Assembly (NCBI GenBank): GCA_044341565.1
Contig: JBIIRM010000005.1
Coordinates: 882 to 64,881, forward strand
Reading direction: 5' to 3'
Length of the DNA stretch: 64,000 bases
Origin: Minisyncoccia bacterium
GTDB taxonomy: Bacteria; Patescibacteriota; Minisyncoccia; SW-4-49-11
This document shows, piece after piece, positions 58,433 through 64,000 of the stretch (position 1 is the first letter of the stretch; every line of letters starts with the position of its first letter). The notes under the pieces are model-generated. The model ran no database searches. It saw only the letters and a program-made list of their open reading frames with translations, and was not told the origin of the DNA. The translations under genes and the position numbers were made by a program.

Positions 58433-59065
58433 TCACCTCTCAATAAATGGAAATATTTTTATATCATTAATTGAGGATGTATGTAAATTAACCCCCTTAT
58501 ATAAAGGGAAAAATATATTTTTTACATATTTATTTTTACTCCCGAGTAACCCAATAGATATTTGTCCCCCTATAAATACAAGAGACCATAAAGCCTGGTC
58601 CCAATAGCAATACAAATTTATCAGCTTTATCTTTTTTTGTTGTAATTTTTCTTGTAAATAATCCGGGAATACCGTATTTTGAGGAATATTGCTCTGAATA
58701 AATATAATTTTTTTGACTGAAGAGGGTAATATATGTTTTGTAAGATATTTGAATAACAAAGAACTCCCTGCTGAGTGGCATACAATCACCTCTGGTTGTG
58801 TTAATTTTAATTCTTTTTGTAAGCTATCATATACTTCTTGATTTTCTATTTTTAACATCTCAGCATTATATTGTTTTATACTTGTTTTTACATTAATAGT
58901 TTCCCAAAAATTCAGTTTACGAGACATTTCCCAACGAAATACTTTAGCCTCCCCCGCCTCAATTAAATCATCAAAAGCTCCAAAGCCAGCATTTTCTCCT
59001 TCTGCTGATTTTAAAAAAGAATATTGCAAACCAATACCATATCCATGTATAAGTAAATATTTCAT
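58433..59065 (-). CDS. Alpha/beta-hydrolase-fold protein
   Basis: LLIHGYG, VCHSAGS, NLYCYWD.AL. Confidence 0.6.
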   Translation of the reverse strand: MKYLLIHGYGIGLQYSFLKSAEGENAGFGAFDDLIEAGEAKVFRWEMSRKLNFWETINVKTSIKQYNAEMLKIENQEVYDSLQKELKLTQPEVIVCHSAGSSLLFKYLTKHILPSSVKKIIFIQSNIPQNTVFPDYLQEKLQQKKIKLINLYCYWDQALWSLVFIGGQISIGLLGSKNKYVKNIFFPLYKGVNLHTSSINDIKIFPFIER

Positions 59066-59129
59066 ATGTCTATATTATACATTTTTGAAACCTATTATGC
59101 TATACTATGTATACTTCTCTATTATTTTC

Positions 59130-59336
59130 ATGTCCTCAAATCCTCTGAACACATTACAGACTACTATCTGGCAAACTCTTCTGAAAGACTTCAATGCACT
59201 GTACTCAGACCAACAAACTCCTCCAGAAGTACTGAGGAATCATCCTATACTCCGCCACCCTAACCCAACTCCCCTTACACAAGCAACAAACTCCTCCAGA
59301 AGTGCTGAGAAATCATCCTGTACTTCACCACCCTAA
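59130..59336 (+). CDS. Small orphan ORF containing a tandem duplication
   Basis: MSSNPLNTLQTTIWQTLLKDFNALYSDQQTPPEVLRNHP...; extended -10 TGcTATACT upstream. Confidence 0.4.
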   Translation: MSSNPLNTLQTTIWQTLLKDFNALYSDQQTPPEVLRNHPILRHPNPTPLTQATNSSRSAEKSSCTSPP

Positions 59337-59352
59337 CCCAACTCTCCTTACA
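59211..59352. repeat. 73-bp-period tandem direct repeat (2 copies)
   Basis: caacaaactcctccagaagt(a/g)ctgag(g/a)aatcatcct...ccaccctaacccaactc.ccttaca at 59211 and 59284. Confidence 0.9.
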
Positions 59353-59468
59353 GATTAGTAGGTGGGAGTTTTTCTTGTTTTGCAAAAAATGTATATTTAG
59401 TCTATAATACTTAAGTCTAAAAATAACTGTTATTTGTGTTGGGCCAAGCCCTATTATTTCCCTTATAT

Positions 59469-60491
59469 ATGTCTAGAATATCTTCTCTTGGCACACTTCT
59501 TAGTTTGCCTACCCAAATTATATCTTCAAAGGATTCTGTTGAGAATTCTTGTGAGAATTATCGTACTATTGAATGGGGAAAATATTCTCGGTCCTATCAT
59601 AATCTTTTATCCGCTCAATTTACCGCGCTTTTATCTAATCATAGAGGATTTAGTTATATAAATAACTCTATTTATCATAATAATTCTAAAAACTCTCTTA
59701 ACTTAGAGAATTTAGTACAGCAAAGTCTCATTCATCGTCCTAAAATTATATGGCTTCCTTGTATGGACGAGAGAATACAATATCTCACAGCCTCTCATCA
59801 TGCTTTATCTCTTGGAATGCCGGGATGTGAATGTCTTATGTCTTATACCAATAAAGCTACAATGATAGATGATATTATTGATATTTGCAAAGATAGTCCA
59901 AGCATACAAGAAATTATTACTACCTCTCATTCTGACTGTGGAGCTGTTGATTATGCGATAAAAAAATATGATAAGGCCCATATAGTAAGTCGTATTACTC
60001 ATAAATTAAAAAAGAGAGCGGCTCTCATTGATAAAGAGGGAGAAAAATATGCCCTCCATTTTACTCACTTATTAGAAAATGCTCTCCAAGAAAATAATCT
60101 CAATATTTCCGTAAGAACTCATCATTTTCAACAACAAGAATTACATTCCCAAAATCTACATAATGCCTTTGGGGCAATTATTAATTTCAACCCTCTTCTT
60201 AATAGTGCTGAATTAGAGGAAAATCTAGAATTACCGATGTTTAATATTTATGCTGGTGGCCAAAAGCCGACACAAATACTCAAAAATATTGAGTTAGCTT
60301 TACGTATATCTGCAGGGGAGAATGGATTCGGTAATATCTATTTCAATAAAGAGAATCCTTTCATCTTATTCTTCACCCTTAATCAAAACCAATCCCCCGA
60401 TTCAATCAAATTCACTCAATCTATTATCAAAAAATTACAAGAAAAAGACCTCCCACTTGAAGTTGTGTACACTATATTAGAGACAGCCTAA
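59469..60491 (+). CDS. Divergent beta-carbonic-anhydrase-like zinc protein
   Basis: CMDER (CxDxR) and HSDCGA (HxxC) Zn motifs. Confidence 0.6.
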   Translation: MSRISSLGTLLSLPTQIISSKDSVENSCENYRTIEWGKYSRSYHNLLSAQFTALLSNHRGFSYINNSIYHNNSKNSLNLENLVQQSLIHRPKIIWLPCMDERIQYLTASHHALSLGMPGCECLMSYTNKATMIDDIIDICKDSPSIQEIITTSHSDCGAVDYAIKKYDKAHIVSRITHKLKKRAALIDKEGEKYALHFTHLLENALQENNLNISVRTHHFQQQELHSQNLHNAFGAIINFNPLLNSAELEENLELPMFNIYAGGQKPTQILKNIELALRISAGENGFGNIYFNKENPFILFFTLNQNQSPDSIKFTQSIIKKLQEKDLPLEVVYTILETA

Positions 60492-60554
60492 TTTTTATTT
60501 GACGATATTCTTTAGAATTGTTAATCTAACATATATACATCAAAAAAATATACT

Positions 60555-62390
60555 ATGTTTAGATCACGCAAATCTCTGTTTATCTTTTTAGGATTTGCTA
60601 TTATATTAAGTTTTGCTATAGGATACAGTATTCCAAATAATTTTATTCAATCACCACAAATAAATCCTTCAGATACCATTCCCACAGAATCTTTTTCTGA
60701 GCAAAATCTTCATTATTCCTATCTTAATGATAAAAACTATTTTGAAGAAGCCTTTCAAAATTTACCTCAACCGACAAATTCCAAGAGTGAGGATATAAAA
60801 GGTCTTATTATACCTCATCATCTGGTCGCAAAAAAACTTATTGCTAATGCCTTTAATCAAGTTACATCTGATAAACCTCTTACAGTATTTCTTATTAGTC
60901 CTAATCACTTTAATACTGGTCGAGGGCAAATCATCACATCTCAATATGACTGGAGTACTCCCTATGGTATTATTGAGCCCAATACTCAAATAATTGATAA
61001 GCTGATTGAAATTAATACTACTATAAAAATAGATGAATCTCCATTTACTAATGAACATGGAATATCAAATGAAGTTTCTTTTATCAAAAAAACTCTTCCT
61101 CAGGCTCAAATTGTCCCCCTTATTATTAAAGATACAATATCACAGAATCAAATTAATACTTTTGTTGATAATTTAACTCAAAATCTTCCAGAAAATTATC
61201 TTTTCGTTGCTTCCCTAGACTTTTGTCATAATAAAGGAGTTACCATATGTAATCAAAATGATAAAAAAAGTCTTTCTATTCTCTCCAAATTTGACTATAA
61301 AGACACTAAAAGTGTTGATGTAGACTCTCCAGCAGGATTACAAATACTATTACAAAGTCTCAATAAACTTGGCTATTCTCAATTTAATCTTCTAGAAAAT
61401 ACTAATTCTGTAAATATTATAGGAGAAGCACCTAATGATGAAATGGTCAGTTATATTACAGGATATATCACCAAAAAATCTGAGAGCAAAAAAGTAGATA
61501 TATTATCTTTTGGGGATATGATGCTTGATAGATATATGCGTAATGCCATTAATTCTAGAGGTTTTGATGCTATTTTTGAGAATATGAGAAGTATTATTAA
61601 GGATAAAAATATTGTTTTAGCTAATTTAGAAGGAAGTTTCACCTCTTTTACCCCAAAACCCCTTAATCCTAATAATTTACAATTTACTTTTGACCCTGCT
61701 ATTGTACCTAAATTAAAAGACTTGGGATTTACTCATTTTGGACTTGCTAATAATCATTCTCTTAATTTTGGATTAGCTGGGCTTAATCAAACCAAAGATT
61801 TTCTCAGTAAATCAGATATAGACTATTTTGGAGAACCCAATAATAAAGATGCTATTTCCTTTATTCAATCAGTTAATGATATGAATATTGGACTTATTGG
61901 ATATCATGAATTTAACAATCCTGATACTAATTCTGTAATACAAGAAATCAAATCTCTCAAGGATAAAACTGATTTTATTATCGTATATCCACATTGGGGT
62001 ATTGAATATCAAACTCAATTCTCTAAAGGACAGCAAGTTAAAGCACATCAATTTATTGATGTGGGGGCAGATGCCGTAATTGGAGCTCATCCACATGTTA
62101 TACAACCAATAGAAATATATCAGAATAAACCCATATTCTACTCCTTAGGAAATTTTATATTTGACCAAACATTTTCAAAAAACACCCAACAAGGACTTGC
62201 TATCAATATTACCTTACAAGATAATAATGCTACTTATACATTAACCCCTCTAGAGTCTCGCAATTTAATCCCCTATATTGCAGAAGATAATTCTCGTAAA
62301 ACAATACTCTCAAAGCTTACTGAAAATTCATCTATTCCTGAAAATATAAAACCTCAGTTAGAATTGGGGACAATTAATTTGACCCGATAA
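60555..62390 (+). CDS. MEMO1/AmmeMemoRadiSam-B domain fused to CapA (PGA_cap) metallophosphatase domain
   Basis: IIPHH, SPNHF, EHGI, ASLDFCH; then FGDMMLDR, ANLEG, LANNH, HWGIEY, GAHPHV, YSLGNFIFDQ. Confidence 0.88.
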   Translation: MFRSRKSLFIFLGFAIILSFAIGYSIPNNFIQSPQINPSDTIPTESFSEQNLHYSYLNDKNYFEEAFQNLPQPTNSKSEDIKGLIIPHHLVAKKLIANAFNQVTSDKPLTVFLISPNHFNTGRGQIITSQYDWSTPYGIIEPNTQIIDKLIEINTTIKIDESPFTNEHGISNEVSFIKKTLPQAQIVPLIIKDTISQNQINTFVDNLTQNLPENYLFVASLDFCHNKGVTICNQNDKKSLSILSKFDYKDTKSVDVDSPAGLQILLQSLNKLGYSQFNLLENTNSVNIIGEAPNDEMVSYITGYITKKSESKKVDILSFGDMMLDRYMRNAINSRGFDAIFENMRSIIKDKNIVLANLEGSFTSFTPKPLNPNNLQFTFDPAIVPKLKDLGFTHFGLANNHSLNFGLAGLNQTKDFLSKSDIDYFGEPNNKDAISFIQSVNDMNIGLIGYHEFNNPDTNSVIQEIKSLKDKTDFIIVYPHWGIEYQTQFSKGQQVKAHQFIDVGADAVIGAHPHVIQPIEIYQNKPIFYSLGNFIFDQTFSKNTQQGLAINITLQDNNATYTLTPLESRNLIPYIAEDNSRKTILSKLTENSSIPENIKPQLELGTINLTR

Positions 62391-62436
62391 GATACTATGT
62401 TACTATTAACATATCATTAATATAAAAACCTATTTT

Positions 62437-64000
62437 ATGGCTGATAATATTGACCCTATCAATACATCCTCAACTCCTGAATCTACTCCAAATCCAATAA
62501 CTCCCCCTATACAAAACCCTAAGAAAAATCCAAAGAAAACACTTCTTATTATTGTATTTGCTCTTCTCTTACTCGGAGCAGCTGGAGCAAGTGGATATTT
62601 TTTATCTCAAAAAATGAATCCTTCTAATCCAGAAACTCCTATTCAGACAGAAGTCACTAATACAAACACCATACCTGAGGCTACAACCCCTGAACCAGCA
62701 ACACCCTTTATATCTTGGATAGAACCTCAAAAAATAGCTTCTCTAGGATTATATCCAACAACAAAAACAGAGGAAGATTTTGATGCAGTGATTGATGAGC
62801 AAGCAACCTATTCTAAGTTAGGAACTATTAATAAAGATGTCTATAAAGGGTATGATATTATTTTAGTCACAGTTGATGGAGGTCTTGGTGGGGGAGGTTC
62901 TAGGTACTTACGGTTTATAAAAAATGAAGATAAAATTGTATTTTTAACTAAATACTCCACGGAAAGATTTGAAAATGATAGATTAATAGATAGTAAATTT
63001 ACTGAAGACAAAACTTTTGCAATATTAGATCTTGATTTTCCAAAAACTATTACAGGAGCTTCTCCTCGACAAATATTAACCAAGACTACGGAAGCCAATG
63101 GTATTAATTATATTCCTTTTGATAAAACTAATTTAACCAAAGCATTTACTGATGCTAAGCTTGGAGATGTATATACTTCTACAAAAAAATCACGAGAATT
63201 TAATCTTGCCAATAAAATTACAAGTGTAAGTGATGTAAACTCAGCTTTTTTTGGAAAAAGTGGATTTTATATTAAATCTCCCGATGGTGGAACAGTAGCT
63301 TATAATCTTGATATTGATTTTATCAAAGATAAAAGTACTCCTGAAATAACATATCTTGATGGAAAGAACAATACCAAGGAATTCCTCTCTACTGATATCG
63401 GTGGTTGTGGTAGCACTAATTTTATATCTGTAGTTGATGATATTAATGTCACAACGGATCTTGAGAAAATTGGAACCAATTCTAAAGGAGATGATATATA
63501 TAAGCTTAAAGATACTAATAATACTCTCCTAAAGAACTTCTATGATAATAATTATTTCCCAGAAGGAAAAAAATTAGCCTATAAAGATTTTGTAGCAAAA
63601 AACCCTCTTATTTTCTGGGTTGATCCCTTTAACCGCATAGTCAAATTTACTGATGTTACCTATATTCCTGCTGCAGAATGTGGAAAGCCTGTTATTTATC
63701 TATATCCAAAAGAGACAACTCAAATAAATGTACAAGTTGAGCCACAAGGAGGATTTACTTATACTGATCCTGTATATCCTGAAGGTGGGTGGAATGTACT
63801 TGCTACTCCTCAAGGTAAATTAACATATCTTCTTGATAATAAGCCTTATCCTTATCTCTTCTGGGAAGGTCGTGGAGGTTTATATGAAAAGCCAAAACAA
63901 GGTTTTGTCGTAAAAAAAGCAGAAGTATATTCTTTCTTACAACAAAAATTAGCTGAATTAGGACTTAATACACAAGAATCAGTAGATTTCCTAGAATTCT
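62437..64000 (+). CDS. Membrane-anchored protein with C-terminal KPVIYLYP domain (runs off the window; missing from ORF track)
   Basis: Manual translation MADNIDPINTSSTPE...TM...ECGKPVIYLYP...GWNVLATPQG...YPYLFWEG, open to 64000. Confidence 0.85.
   Translation, partial: MADNIDPINTSSTPESTPNPITPPIQNPKKNPKKTLLIIVFALLLLGAAGASGYFLSQKMNPSNPETPIQTEVTNTNTIPEATTPEPATPFISWIEPQKIASLGLYPTTKTEEDFDAVIDEQATYSKLGTINKDVYKGYDIILVTVDGGLGGGGSRYLRFIKNEDKIVFLTKYSTERFENDRLIDSKFTEDKTFAILDLDFPKTITGASPRQILTKTTEANGINYIPFDKTNLTKAFTDAKLGDVYTSTKKSREFNLANKITSVSDVNSAFFGKSGFYIKSPDGGTVAYNLDIDFIKDKSTPEITYLDGKNNTKEFLSTDIGGCGSTNFISVVDDINVTTDLEKIGTNSKGDDIYKLKDTNNTLLKNFYDNNYFPEGKKLAYKDFVAKNPLIFWVDPFNRIVKFTDVTYIPAAECGKPVIYLYPKETTQINVQVEPQGGFTYTDPVYPEGGWNVLATPQGKLTYLLDNKPYPYLFWEGRGGLYEKPKQGFVVKKAEVYSFLQQKLAELGLNTQESVDFLEF

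Noticed and set aside
59211-59352. Mini-CRISPR
   Set aside because: Two adjacent copies with no unique spacer between them.

Overview
AT-rich, gene-dense bacterial chromosome segment using the standard code (RF2 present, several genes end in TGA). Gene content and style suggest a Patescibacteria/CPR organism from a sunlit aquatic habitat (inference): 'IAINP.KQLAQARN' type IV pilins, heliorhodopsin, sortase, long ThyX next to dcd, a MEMO1-CapA fusion and mostly SD-less starts. The housekeeping backbone includes hisS, xth, gpmA, fbaB, alr, ftsEX, prfB, ychF, rpsF-ssb-rpsR-rpsT, holA, uvrB, dnaE, tRNA-Ala(GGC) and tRNA-Asn(GTT). Most notable: (1) an intact picocyanobacterial-type aldehyde-deformylating oxygenase with no acyl-ACP reductase beside it, paired with a membrane desaturase among other lipid-modifying genes (cfa, dgkA); (2) an islet bounded by tRNA-Asn 3'-end repeats carrying two unannotated Gly-rich micropeptide genes and an M16 peptidase; (3) a repeat-delimited cassette-like array of small membrane-protein genes next to hisS; (4) pilin paralogs with different C-terminal adhesin domains; (5) a C11 tract in a surface-protein promoter. 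All family calls come from motif recognition by eye; no searches were run.
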